64,000 nucleotides of DNA from a virus (taxonomy: Duplodnaviria; Heunggongvirae; Uroviricota; Caudoviricetes), in the IMG/VR virus record IMGVR_UViG_3300045988_154997, positions 32,001-96,000 of that record, one strand, 5' to 3'. The notes under the pieces are model-generated. The model was not told the origin of the DNA. It saw only the letters and a program-made list of their open reading frames with translations, and did not search any database. Below, in pieces: positions 17,155 to 26,823 of this stretch. The position numbers and the translations under genes were made by a program. The number at the start of each line of letters is the position of its first letter. The stretch's first letter is position 1.

Positions 17155-18300
17155 ATGAAATACATAAAATCTTCATCGTTGCTGGCATTAACTTTGCTTT
17201 TTAACTCTGGATTCGTTAACGCAGACAATAAACAAACGCTGATAGAAGCCGCTACCGCAGGGGATACCGCAGCACAAAGTGAGTTAGGTACAAATTATTT
17301 TGATGGTGTCAATGGTTTTGATAAGGATGTAGTTGAGGCCAAGAAGTGGATTGATCTAGCTGCAGAAAAGGGAGATAAAGTAGCATATTATGCACTTGGA
17401 GTTATGTACACATTTGGCGAGGGTGTAGATAAAGACCTAAATAAAGCTGTTGAGTACTACAAACTTGCGGGGGATGCTCGTGAAGGTAGAGCCTACAACA
17501 ATCTTGGTGCTATTTATCAAAAGGGGATGCTTGGTAAAGTAGATCATGCACTCGCCATTAAATACTTCAAACTAGCCTCTGATGCCGGGTATGTTAAAGC
17601 AACTTCAGTTCTTGGGGCGTATTACCAATATGGTAAAGGCGTTAAAAAGAATTATAAAAAGGCTTTTACTTATTACAAAAAGGCGGCAGACCAAGGCAGT
17701 TCAGAAGCTATGATAGGATTAGGAATACTATACGATGATGGGTTAGGCGTTAAACGCAATGATGCAGAAGCAGTTAAGTGGTATAAAAAGGCAGCGGAAC
17801 TTGGAAACGCCGACGCCATAACCAATCTTGGCATTATGTATGAGAATGGGGAAGGTGTAAAAAAGGACTATAAAAAAGCAGCCGACCTTTATCAGACTGC
17901 TTGCGATAAAGGAGAAAAAAGAGGCTGCGATTACATTGCAGAACTGAAAGAAAGCGGCAAATATCGAGCGCCGGCTTCCAAAGCCAAAACAAAATCCGCC
18001 ACCCAGCGACTTATTGCTAAATCCATTGATAAGGGCGTTAACGCTACATTTACCTGGCAGGGTGATGATGCTACCTTCACCGCTAATGATGGCAAAGTTG
18101 ACTGCACCTTCCTGAAGGATTTTTCAGAGAAAGGAGGCAATCTGGCTACCTCGTTTGTTTGCACCGACAACGTTCAAATCATCCTGAAGCAATTCAGAGA
18201 TACCAAGAATGCCTACCTCGCGGTAATGACTGACAACTTCAACACAGAAGTTAAATCATTTTCGGTCAATGTGTACGTGACTAATACTGGTTCAAACTAA
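17155..18300 (+). CDS. secreted Sel1-like repeat protein
   Basis: Signal peptide MKYIKSSSLLALTLLFNSGFVNA followed by about 7 Sel1-type repeats (A.YNLG.MY..G.GV.KD...A..WYKKAA..G); lone plus-strand gene inside a minus-strand block. Confidence 0.75.
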   Translation: MKYIKSSSLLALTLLFNSGFVNADNKQTLIEAATAGDTAAQSELGTNYFDGVNGFDKDVVEAKKWIDLAAEKGDKVAYYALGVMYTFGEGVDKDLNKAVEYYKLAGDAREGRAYNNLGAIYQKGMLGKVDHALAIKYFKLASDAGYVKATSVLGAYYQYGKGVKKNYKKAFTYYKKAADQGSSEAMIGLGILYDDGLGVKRNDAEAVKWYKKAAELGNADAITNLGIMYENGEGVKKDYKKAADLYQTACDKGEKRGCDYIAELKESGKYRAPASKAKTKSATQRLIAKSIDKGVNATFTWQGDDATFTANDGKVDCTFLKDFSEKGGNLATSFVCTDNVQIILKQFRDTKNAYLAVMTDNFNTEVKSFSVNVYVTNTGSN

Positions 18301-19545
18301 TGCTGCTATGCCTTTTACCTTGCTTAAAAGTTCAAGCTGTCGTGAGTAAGGTTTTGCGCAATAGTAGGCTTTGATAATCTGCCCCGGGGTCGCATCGCCG
18401 GGGTCGAGTCCTTCCTCGCCCAAACATGCAATTTTCACATTAAGACCGATACTGGTCAGTCGCCTGGCTGCGGCCATAGTGTTTCGTATAGCTTGCTTTT
18501 CACTATCCCACATCATGATCACATTACGTAATCCACGCGCCTTGAGCGTCAGGAACGCGCCCAACTGATCTTCTGCATCCTGAGTGGTGTTACCAGATAG
18601 ATGCATCCCGAACGTTCCTATTGGTTCCACGTAATCGCGTAATGTTTCTTCGTCAAAAATAGCTCGTTTGACCCCCATAACATCGAACGCCCCCTCACAG
18701 ACAACTACAGTCTGTTTGCCGACTGCATTGTGGCCGTTGTAGAGAAACTTACCTGAAGCTGGAAGCTGCATAGGAAAGAGGTAGCGGCGTTCTGCTGTAC
18801 CGGTAATGTCTCGTCCTTGAAATGTCTTCATTACCCCATCCAGATCGTAAACCGGTATCAGTATTCGCATATCGAAAATCTGTCCTTTAACCTGATCTGT
18901 ATACGGATCTACATAAGCGTGCTTGCCTTCGACGCAGTATCGTAGGTCAAAATACTTTGCCATTTCAGGCGATATATTTCGTTCAACCAGATAGTCTGGA
19001 AGATGGCCATCTATAGGAAGATCGTAATGACGAGGGAGTGCAACTGGTCCCTCTAACTCGACTGTGCTTGCAAGCACTATCTCTTCTTTCTTTGGTGCCC
19101 ACCCCTGGGAAAGAAGAGCGTTCTGCACATATTCCTCGAACTGTCGTCGTGATTTACCGCTGTAGTGCTTGAGGAAGACCAGCTTATTGAACTGAATCTC
19201 TTCGGGATGATCACCAGCGAAGCATTTACCGACGCCACTGGTCAGATTGAAATATACCTTCCAGTTGGAGCTGCCGCATACCGGACACTCCTTGATATTC
19301 ACTTCACGACCGCGAGTACTCACGCCTCCACGTCGATAAACGATACCTTCAGTATCCAACCATTGTTCAAAATCTAATTCGGTAATTAGCTCTTTCAGCT
19401 CGCTCACGATAATTCCACTTTTAACAGGCAATATTGTGACCAACCTAAATGTTGATATAACATAAAGGCTCATGTGTTTTTCTTTTGTGGTTTGGCAAAA
19501 GAAAAGTTGTTTCACCAATGAATCAAGCGTGGAGGTGTTCTCCAC
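18292..19545 (-). CDS. DnaG-like DNA primase (zinc-binding plus Toprim)
   Basis: Zinc-ribbon-like CPVCGSSNW...C..GDH and Toprim-like VVVCEGAFDV ... MWDSE; start codon uncertain. Confidence 0.65.
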   Translation of the reverse strand: MENTSTLDSLVKQLFFCQTTKEKHMSLYVISTFRLVTILPVKSGIIVSELKELITELDFEQWLDTEGIVYRRGGVSTRGREVNIKECPVCGSSNWKVYFNLTSGVGKCFAGDHPEEIQFNKLVFLKHYSGKSRRQFEEYVQNALLSQGWAPKKEEIVLASTVELEGPVALPRHYDLPIDGHLPDYLVERNISPEMAKYFDLRYCVEGKHAYVDPYTDQVKGQIFDMRILIPVYDLDGVMKTFQGRDITGTAERRYLFPMQLPASGKFLYNGHNAVGKQTVVVCEGAFDVMGVKRAIFDEETLRDYVEPIGTFGMHLSGNTTQDAEDQLGAFLTLKARGLRNVIMMWDSEKQAIRNTMAAARRLTSIGLNVKIACLGEEGLDPGDATPGQIIKAYYCAKPYSRQLELLSKVKGIAALV

Positions 19546-19554
19546 GCTTATTTT

Positions 19555-20895
19555 TTAGGTAACGTCTAAGATTCGCTCAATGAAGCGCATTTGTTCGAGG
19601 TTTTGTTTAACGCGAATGCTGATCCCTCCCTGCTGGTTACGCGAACCAGCAAAGTAGAGACGAGCCTCTCCTTTCGCTTCTTCTTCTTCGGTTTTGTTGA
19701 TCGTTATTACCAGGTCAGCAATACGTACTTTTTCGATGTTGTCGGCAGCGTGCATCATTGTGGCAACTTCTGACGCGCCACCTTCACGGTTTGTTTGCGA
19801 CGCCGTGATACCAGCAACGTTATGCTTGTCATAAAGAGCACGTAAATCGGTGTAGATACTACGAATGTTGGCGCGATCATCACGAAGGTCATAACTGGCA
19901 CGCATCAAATCTGCGTAGTCGACAACAACCATGTCAGGCACCATGCCGTTGGCTTTCATGCTGTTAAGCATACGGTCCAGATCTGCCGGTGACATACTTC
20001 CTGACGGACGCTCAACCACCCACAAACTACCAATCCCCTTCGTGGCTCCCAACTCTGCCAACTTACGATGAACCTCATCGCGCCGTTCCACCAGCTTGGA
20101 CATTTCTGTCTCCGACAATCTTGCATCAAAACGGTCGGATAAAATGGTGGTGTGAACCTCCAGCGAGAGATACAGAACATTGTAGCCAGCAAGCGTTGCG
20201 TTTATGGAAAACTCACCCATTGCGGTCGATTTGCCGGATTTAGCGAACCCCATGAAGAGCACCATTTCACGCTTCGCCCAGCCTTTTTGGTACAGCAACC
20301 TATCGAGCAGAGGGAGTCCAGTTGTAATGCTGTTTGGCACATACTCCTCTGAAGCCTCATATTCACGCGCTTTCAATCGCTCACTTGCGGAGGTGTAGTA
20401 GTCATAGATTCCGGTCGCTTCGTTCGAGCCTATCTGCTGAACCTTGGCCATGATTGCCATCGCCCCCTGAAAGTCGCCCTTCTCTTTCAGTTCAGCAGCT
20501 TTAATCAGAGCATCATCAAACGCTACACTTTTTGCGAATGTGGATACCTGGTCAACCATGTACGAGGTATCAGACAATTTTTCTGCAAGGATGCGCTTAA
20601 ACGCAGCAACAACATCCGGGAAGAGTTCCTCACGGATGGTCTTATCGCGTTTCGCGCGCTTAAGCATATCCAGAATCGCAGATGAAGAAGGCGCGCTCTT
20701 GTACATACGGTAATAGCCCGAAACCATATTAACCAATATGGCATTGGCCGCATTGGCAAATTGGCTAGGCACAACCAGATCTCCCGCACGAGTAAGAAAC
20801 TCGTGATCACGACAAAAATATGCCGTCAGTCTGTTCTGGAAATCTTCATCAAACTCTTCGGACAGCCCGCGTCCTGTATGGCAAAGTTCGGTCAT
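19555..20895 (-). CDS. DnaB-family replicative helicase
   Basis: Walker A GFAKSGKST, Walker B-like VLYLSLE, and VVVDYADLM plus ITASQTNRE matching DnaB H4/arginine-finger regions. Confidence 0.8.
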   Translation of the reverse strand: MTELCHTGRGLSEEFDEDFQNRLTAYFCRDHEFLTRAGDLVVPSQFANAANAILVNMVSGYYRMYKSAPSSSAILDMLKRAKRDKTIREELFPDVVAAFKRILAEKLSDTSYMVDQVSTFAKSVAFDDALIKAAELKEKGDFQGAMAIMAKVQQIGSNEATGIYDYYTSASERLKAREYEASEEYVPNSITTGLPLLDRLLYQKGWAKREMVLFMGFAKSGKSTAMGEFSINATLAGYNVLYLSLEVHTTILSDRFDARLSETEMSKLVERRDEVHRKLAELGATKGIGSLWVVERPSGSMSPADLDRMLNSMKANGMVPDMVVVDYADLMRASYDLRDDRANIRSIYTDLRALYDKHNVAGITASQTNREGGASEVATMMHAADNIEKVRIADLVITINKTEEEEAKGEARLYFAGSRNQQGGISIRVKQNLEQMRFIERILDVT

Positions 20896-20938
20896 GTGCT
20901 TTCCTTTGTTTTTTAAACAAATTGTTTTCTAGTATTAG

Positions 20939-21679
20939 TTAATTAGATAGGGGATCAATAAACCGCCGTGCTTCTTCCAGTTCTTCTGGAAAGTGGGCGG
21001 AAATAAGGCGCTCTGGAACGATTTCCATTAGCCAGATAGCAGAGAAAATTGCGCGTATGCGCTTGCTGCGGGGGATGATGCGCAAACGCTCCAGAATCCA
21101 CTCAAAATAGCTTTCCTGAATCGGGTTGAACTGCATGTCTCCCATATGCTTAAAGCTAACCAGAGAGTCATCCAGACGGGTTGTTGCGCGTCTGGATAAT
21201 TTCTCTTCGAATATCTCAATCAGTTCTGGCTGCCATAAATGCTGTGGGCGCGGCAACTTGTCCCACAGACGCCGTGCAGCTGCGGAAAGAACCGTGGAGA
21301 TAAAGTAGTCGTATGAACAGCAATAGCGATCAGCAAACTGGCGTGCTTTCCATAGCGACGTTTTATTGGCAGTCGACAACTCCTGATAAGGCAGGCGTTT
21401 TAACCCGGTGGTGAACGGAGCTGTTTCAAAGTGTTCGCGACCGTGCGTCAGCATGATATTTGAGTACTGACGTTTGTATGCCTCCGTAAAAAGACAGGTG
21501 GCCATGAGAGGATGCATGTCGCGGTAATCAAACCACTTCGTCTCGAAGAGTTCAGCCTCGTCATTGCAGCGCGACAAACCAATGTTTTCAGCGACCCACT
21601 TGTCCATAACAGCGGTATTCCACTCTGTCATGAAGTCGTACTGGTCGTTGTCAATGGTATCAAAAAAGATTTGGCTCAT
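20939..21679 (-). CDS. hypothetical protein (about 246 aa from the ATG at 21679)
   Basis: AGGTGAG RBS precedes the ATG at 21679; track start at 21688 is a GTG. Confidence 0.5.
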   Translation of the reverse strand: MSQIFFDTIDNDQYDFMTEWNTAVMDKWVAENIGLSRCNDEAELFETKWFDYRDMHPLMATCLFTEAYKRQYSNIMLTHGREHFETAPFTTGLKRLPYQELSTANKTSLWKARQFADRYCCSYDYFISTVLSAAARRLWDKLPRPQHLWQPELIEIFEEKLSRRATTRLDDSLVSFKHMGDMQFNPIQESYFEWILERLRIIPRSKRIRAIFSAIWLMEIVPERLISAHFPEELEEARRFIDPLSN

Positions 21680-21798
21680 GTGGCTCACCTGATAGGTAGT
21701 TACTTACTTATTGCAATGAGCGGATGATAGCGACTGGTGGCAGTTTTTGGAAGTGGAAACGGAAGGGAATGTGTCTGGGAAGTTGGCATAGAAAAAGA

Positions 21799-21851
21799 CC
21801 TGCTTCCGTATAAATAATAATAAGTAACTTAGTATTTATATACAGAAGCAG
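21799..21851. promoter_or_regulatory. about 54-bp conserved intergenic element with terminal inverted repeats (CCTGCTTC ... GAAGCAGG); copy 1 of 2
   Basis: Near-identical copy at 55859-55912 upstream of terS; contains TAAGTAACTTA palindrome and TATATAC. Confidence 0.5.
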
Positions 21852-21876
21852 GTTCCAAATTCAACCAGCAGGATGC

Positions 21877-23073
21877 TTAAACATCTTTTAGAAAGCCTGG
21901 AAACCAATGTTTCATGATATACCTAAAATGTGCTCTAGTTGGTTCAAAAACCTGTCTAGATACCAGCGCTCCATCAGGATGATTCTGAACAGACTGTTCT
22001 TTTTCCATATCGTAAAAATTATGAGTTATCTCTGGGGGGAAGAAAATATTTCTGTCCAGTGGCACTGTCGCAAAAGGATTGTAGTAAATATGAAGGCCGT
22101 CAAAGTGCGTCTCTTCATGAGCAGTGGAATGGCAAACTACAATATCCGCACCAGTGACTTCGTTATTTAAAAAATGCCGATATGTAGTGATGAAATGATC
22201 AGGACCTATCCTTTGTGTGTGCTTTCCCTCGTTTTTCATCCCTTCATTGGCGATGAAATCATTCACATCAATGGCTCGATATCGTGTTGACCTTACATAT
22301 CTACCGATACCGCTTTGAACCACGGCTTTTCCAAAAGTGCCGGTGGTGGAGAAAATAACCGCACTTATTTCTTTATATGAGTCGTTAGTAAATATACCTA
22401 ATGGAATTTCAACGTCTTCATTCTTTTTGATTGAGGTAACTTTAGTTTGGCTGCCAGTCACCAAATTTCTGGTGGTAGGTTCCTCAATGCCAAACAACAC
22501 TCGATTGATGATTGTGTTATTTTGAGACAATGATAAATCGGAGTCAAAGGGTGCAAGCGCCAGAACAAACGGCTTATTAACTACATGAGACATCGTAGAG
22601 TACGGGAATTTTTTGCCATTAACTCCTGTAAAAAGATCATGTTTGTCTTTGATTTTTCCGATTAATTTTAGCGTTGATTGATGTTTGAATTTTGATTCGC
22701 TAAAAAGAGCACCTGCAGGTGGATTATGTGGCCGATCTGATATCACAGCTTCGACGTTAAACTGGTAGCCTGACGGTGTAGTAACACAGAAATCGGGACT
22801 GTCTTTTGTGTAGTCGACAGAATAATCGAGACGAATAAACATTTCGTTCAGATACAATTCCCATAAGGCGGAATTGAAGGTTGTCTGAAACTCTTTAACG
22901 AATTTAGTCTGCTCACCGCTACGCTCCAGTAACCCACGCCCCCACGACTGTATCACTTCTCTTACTGGAGCATATGTATTATCTTGATAAATCTGTTTAA
23001 AAGATTCGTGCAGCTTGTTTTTTGCTATTTTGGTTGAGAACAAATCCATTATTAGCCTCACTAACCAGTTCAA
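21877..23073 (-). CDS. hypothetical protein (398 aa), AT-rich
   Basis: ORF only; no recognisable motif; adjacent to the DUF2971-like gene. Confidence 0.5.
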   Translation of the reverse strand: MNWLVRLIMDLFSTKIAKNKLHESFKQIYQDNTYAPVREVIQSWGRGLLERSGEQTKFVKEFQTTFNSALWELYLNEMFIRLDYSVDYTKDSPDFCVTTPSGYQFNVEAVISDRPHNPPAGALFSESKFKHQSTLKLIGKIKDKHDLFTGVNGKKFPYSTMSHVVNKPFVLALAPFDSDLSLSQNNTIINRVLFGIEEPTTRNLVTGSQTKVTSIKKNEDVEIPLGIFTNDSYKEISAVIFSTTGTFGKAVVQSGIGRYVRSTRYRAIDVNDFIANEGMKNEGKHTQRIGPDHFITTYRHFLNNEVTGADIVVCHSTAHEETHFDGLHIYYNPFATVPLDRNIFFPPEITHNFYDMEKEQSVQNHPDGALVSRQVFEPTRAHFRYIMKHWFPGFLKDV

Positions 23074-23115
23074 TAAGAAAAGCGCCCAACATAATCATTT
23101 GAGGAAAGTCTGGAG

Positions 23116-23835
23116 CTACTTCAGCTTTTCTTTGACAAGAAGATAACCATCATCAGGTGTACTCATTTTGTAAACCTCGATGCTCGTGTCTAGCTGTGTC
23201 CGGGCATATTCTTCTACTTCAGGAGAAACGTTATACCCAAGAATGATCTCTCTAATATATTTCTTATCAAATGCCTGAGCGCCTATTTTTTTAGTAATAA
23301 CCCTTTGTTCTTCCTCATATTTCCAGCATTCGTGCTTGTAGAAAAAGAGCTTATCAAAAAGTACCTTAAACTCATCTGTAACTTCATCGAACACGGGAAC
23401 AGAAGGTATATATTTCACATTATCAAAGCTGTGATACCCCTCAATAGAGGTAACAAAATCATCATCAAAGCCTATGCAGAAACCTTTATGCGACACTGAG
23501 TAATGTGACCACATCAAGATGTTATCTTCGTTTGGTGACAAGCACACCACACCAAAAGCCCCTAATGATTCTTTCCGCAAATCCACAGCCAACGATTTTG
23601 CAGCTTCAGGAGCTACAGCATCCCAGTCTTCAAAGGAAAAATCCTTACATCCATTGTCTTCAAAGTGTTTCCGGCGCTCCACTTCTGTACCTCCCATCGT
23701 TATCGAAACTTTGAACTCTGATGGGTCGTTGAATGAAGAAGGTGCGCTAGCAGAGATAGTGCCGTCCTCTACAAACCGTTTGAGGTTACGTAACACTTTT
23801 TGCGAATCTTCACTTCCAATATATTTGTAGAGCAT
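23116..23835 (-). CDS. DUF2971-family protein
   Basis: From the ATG at 23835: MLYKYIGSEDSQKVL...SFNDPSEF, ILMWSHYSVSHKGFCIGFD, ECWKYEEEQRV, the signature pattern I recall for DUF2971. Track start at 23874 is a TTG. Confidence 0.55.
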   Translation of the reverse strand: MLYKYIGSEDSQKVLRNLKRFVEDGTISASAPSSFNDPSEFKVSITMGGTEVERRKHFEDNGCKDFSFEDWDAVAPEAAKSLAVDLRKESLGAFGVVCLSPNEDNILMWSHYSVSHKGFCIGFDDDFVTSIEGYHSFDNVKYIPSVPVFDEVTDEFKVLFDKLFFYKHECWKYEEEQRVITKKIGAQAFDKKYIREIILGYNVSPEVEEYARTQLDTSIEVYKMSTPDDGYLLVKEKLK

Positions 23836-23879
23836 TAGGGAACCTATAGAAAGAGGTGCCAAGCAGCACCTCAATAAAA

Positions 23880-24239
23880 TTAACCTTTCTTCATCAACTC
23901 GCGTTTGATTTCATCGGTACGCATCGTGACGTCGGCAGCAGTGATCGCCTCGTTAAGTTTCACGATATCCTCGATTTCCTGCGGCGACTTCTCTGCCAGA
24001 TGGAAAATAGCAGCACGAATCACATCAGAGCGGGTGAATTTCTCGAAGCGAGGGATGAACTTCATCATCTCCAGCAGTTCGAAGTATTCGTCTTCCAGTG
24101 ACATTGTGCGGCTTTTAATTTTCTCTTTGCCACGAGTCGGGCGTCCCTGTGGTCTGACTGGTTGGCGCAAAGGAGTTGTGTTCTTAGCCGGTGCATCAGG
24201 CTCTTTGCGCTTTGCTAGGTCACCCATTTTCATGGACAT
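23880..24239 (-). CDS. small partition partner of ParA (ParG-like ribbon-helix-helix candidate)
   Basis: 119 aa, basic disordered N-terminus and C-terminal MSLEDEYFELLEMM ... RSDVIRAAIFHLAE; directly downstream of parA with a 1-nt overlap. Confidence 0.45.
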   Translation of the reverse strand: MSMKMGDLAKRKEPDAPAKNTTPLRQPVRPQGRPTRGKEKIKSRTMSLEDEYFELLEMMKFIPRFEKFTRSDVIRAAIFHLAEKSPQEIEDIVKLNEAITAADVTMRTDEIKRELMKKG

Positions 24240-24907
24240 TATTCTTCTTCCTCCAGACTCAACAGATAATCTACAAATTCTTCAAACTCGGCTTCCGCCT
24301 TTTTGTCGCGCTCGCTACCGGTCATTTCAAAGATAGAACGACCAGACTCTTCCGCATCATCGTAGACGTTGCGGTTATATAGATTGACAGGCGCAGACTC
24401 GATGCCAAACGTCTCGACAATCTCTTTAGCCGCCAGAATGCGAGACACTTGTGATGGCAAAGCCGGGCACTGGTTCATGACCGCGCGGACCTTCACTTTA
24501 TCGTTTACATTGCGAACATTGTCGATAATAGGATCGATGTCACGTAAAGATTTCAAATCACGACGCTTAGGACGCAGCGGGATAATGATAACGTCAGCCA
24601 TCAGCATCGCTTGTCGCTGAATTTCGGAGTCGAAGCCACCAGCATCTACCACTACATACTCAGCTCTACCCTGAAGCGATTTTAGGTGCTTAATGATGTC
24701 ATCCTGAACGTATGCAAAAGGAATCAGCTCAAGGTCTTCGTTCTGTCGACGGTCTTCACACCAGCTCGTTGTCGTGCGCTGAATATCTATATCGGTGATA
24801 TAAACCTTCTTCTTCTTTTTGACTTTCAGGCAAACGGCAATTTGCTGGGCAACGGTGGATTTGCCAGGCCCGCCCTTTGTGCCGCCAACCACAAAGATCT
24901 TGGTCAT
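24239..24907 (-). CDS. parA: ParA/MinD-family partition ATPase (small type Ib-like)
   Basis: Deviant Walker A GGTKGGPGKST near the N-terminus; 222 aa without an N-terminal HTH extension. Confidence 0.8.
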   Translation of the reverse strand: MTKIFVVGGTKGGPGKSTVAQQIAVCLKVKKKKKVYITDIDIQRTTTSWCEDRRQNEDLELIPFAYVQDDIIKHLKSLQGRAEYVVVDAGGFDSEIQRQAMLMADVIIIPLRPKRRDLKSLRDIDPIIDNVRNVNDKVKVRAVMNQCPALPSQVSRILAAKEIVETFGIESAPVNLYNRNVYDDAEESGRSIFEMTGSERDKKAEAEFEEFVDYLLSLEEEE

Positions 24908-25039
24908 TGGAGAGTTCCCTTTGCGTATATAATTATCGTCTGAAACAACTTGTTTTCTTATATGTGATATAGCCTAAATGCCTACGGCTGTGGTGTAAAG
25001 GTTTAATGATAGGTACATAGATTTGGTAAGGACTTAATA

Positions 25040-25064
25040 ACAAAAAACCCGCCGTAGCGGGTTT
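25040..25064 (-). terminator. intrinsic terminator (AAACCCGC-tacg-GCGGGTT plus TTTTTTG on the minus strand)
   Basis: Immediately downstream of the stop at 25070. Confidence 0.6.
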
Positions 25065-25069
25065 AGGAA

Positions 25070-25846
25070 TTAGTGGTTGGTAGACCTGGCATCAAATGTT
25101 GTAACGCCCACTTCAATGTGGCGGTCTTCTTTGGAGATGATGGTGAGAATCTGACTAGATGGGTCTATGCTGACAGCCATAGGGTTCCAGTGACGTAACT
25201 GAGCCTCGCTGTTCAATAGCAGCGCATCCCACGGTTTGACGCCATTCTGCCCAATACCACCTTCAACAAGGACATCTATAAATTCTTTATTTAAATTGTC
25301 ATAGATTTGGACACGCCCGACCAGAAGCATACCGACCGCCCAAATTCTGGCACCGTAAACCGTCTGATGGTCATCACATACCACATGGTCATGCCAATTG
25401 AGAAGGAAATTGTAAACTCTTCTAGCAAGTCCCTTTTGTTCCTTTGAAGGGGTTACAAATGCCCCTTTGATCTGGACACCAAGGTGAGAGCCTTTTTGTG
25501 AGCGAAACTGGAAACGTTTGTAGACGAACCTGGCAATCTGAATGCCGTCATCATCTTCTTGTTCATCACCAACTAACTCACGAACACTATGAACTATCTC
25601 TGCTTCTGAATACCCCTGCTCGTCAAGATCCATTGCATGTTCTTGAAGCCAATCTGCATCAGGGTCGCCTACAAATGATACTGTCAAACAGTAATCATAA
25701 TTAGATCCCGTCAAGGACCATTCTGTGAGCCGTAAAACAGAAAAATCAGAGTTAACCATGTAGCCAACTCTGATTTTCTCTCTTGCTTCACATTCAGGGA
25801 AATCAGACAGAACTTTTGAATACTCTGCTATGAATGATGGTGACAT
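25070..25846 (-). CDS. hypothetical protein (258 aa)
   Basis: ORF only. Confidence 0.5.
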   Translation of the reverse strand: MSPSFIAEYSKVLSDFPECEAREKIRVGYMVNSDFSVLRLTEWSLTGSNYDYCLTVSFVGDPDADWLQEHAMDLDEQGYSEAEIVHSVRELVGDEQEDDDGIQIARFVYKRFQFRSQKGSHLGVQIKGAFVTPSKEQKGLARRVYNFLLNWHDHVVCDDHQTVYGARIWAVGMLLVGRVQIYDNLNKEFIDVLVEGGIGQNGVKPWDALLLNSEAQLRHWNPMAVSIDPSSQILTIISKEDRHIEVGVTTFDARSTNH

Positions 25847-26245
25847 TTAGTTCGCAAGCCGCATATCCGTAGATGAATCCAGTTTCGCTATTTTAACATC
25901 TACGCGGTATTTATCTTTGATAAATTTAGCTATTTTGCTTTCAATCTCATAGAAAGCATCCTGTTCACAACGCACAACATCGGGAAACTGTTTTTCTGGC
26001 TTAACAAGAAAACGTAACCGATTGTTGAGCACCATCATTTCTGCAAACAATTTGATGGTAAACTTGCCTTCTTCAACGTCACTTTTAAGGTTAACGATGA
26101 AACGCTGATCCTTAAGCATACCCGGTTTGTTCATTTCACGAATTTGGAGCGAGTCATTCCAATGCCGCAACGGAACCGATGCGATCATCTTGGTACAGTC
26201 TCTTATCGTCTGAATAGAACGAGATGCGTTAAGTGCAGTATGCAT
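25847..26245 (-). CDS. hypothetical protein (132 aa)
   Basis: ORF only; TAAATG junction with the downstream gene. Confidence 0.45.
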   Translation of the reverse strand: MHTALNASRSIQTIRDCTKMIASVPLRHWNDSLQIREMNKPGMLKDQRFIVNLKSDVEEGKFTIKLFAEMMVLNNRLRFLVKPEKQFPDVVRCEQDAFYEIESKIAKFIKDKYRVDVKIAKLDSSTDMRLAN

Positions 26246-26419
26246 GTTTCCACCTTAGCCGGTAATAACTTTATGTCATAGCGGCGACCTTGTCGGTTTA
26301 GAGGCTACGAGTATGCGTCGATTTATTAAAACAAGGTATGATTTACTTGACATCCATGCTTCAAATCTACCTTGTGCTCTAATAATATGCAAATTTTATG
26401 TTAGAAAATTCCGCTTTTA

Positions 26420-26650
26420 TTATGGCACTTTTCTGCCCCATCCACACAATCGCTCCCCTATCATATTGTGAAAAAGTACTTCCCTTTCAGTCTCTTCGGT
26501 CATGAGATCATCACGGCTGATGTATAGCGGTGTAGCCGCATCGCAGAAAAGCACACCAGAGGATTGAGGCTTAATCACGCAACCACTTATTGTGCAACTC
26601 ATGATGAACAGTAGAAGCATCTTTGCGCCGTAACTCATCAAGTGTTTCAT
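26420..26650 (-). CDS. o-spanin candidate (Rz1-like outer-membrane lipoprotein), overlapped with the i-spanin gene
   Basis: Internal start MKHLMSYGAKMLLLFIMSCTISGC gives a signal peptide with lipobox ISGC; starts inside the i-spanin ORF in another frame and ends beyond it. Confidence 0.45.
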   Translation of the reverse strand: MKHLMSYGAKMLLLFIMSCTISGCVIKPQSSGVLFCDAATPLYISRDDLMTEETEREVLFHNMIGERLCGWGRKVP

Positions 26651-26822
26651 TTTTGACATCCACTGTGCTTTGAAGTCGTTTCCTGTCTTCCTGTTTTGCC
26701 TTCTCTTCCATTGCTCGTCGCGCCGCATTTCCGCCCATCGTGTAAGCGCCGACCAGAACGAAAAGAACGGCAGCCAGCGTAATCAAAGCAACTTTTAGCT
26801 TTGTCATCAGGCTGCCTAGCAT
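26571..26822 (-). CDS. i-spanin candidate (Rz-like)
   Basis: N-terminal transmembrane helix KLKVALITLAAVLFVLVGAY then charged helical region; 83 aa; last gene of the lysis cluster. Confidence 0.5.
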   Translation of the reverse strand: MLGSLMTKLKVALITLAAVLFVLVGAYTMGGNAARRAMEEKAKQEDRKRLQSTVDVKNETLDELRRKDASTVHHELHNKWLRD

Positions 26823-26823
26823 A

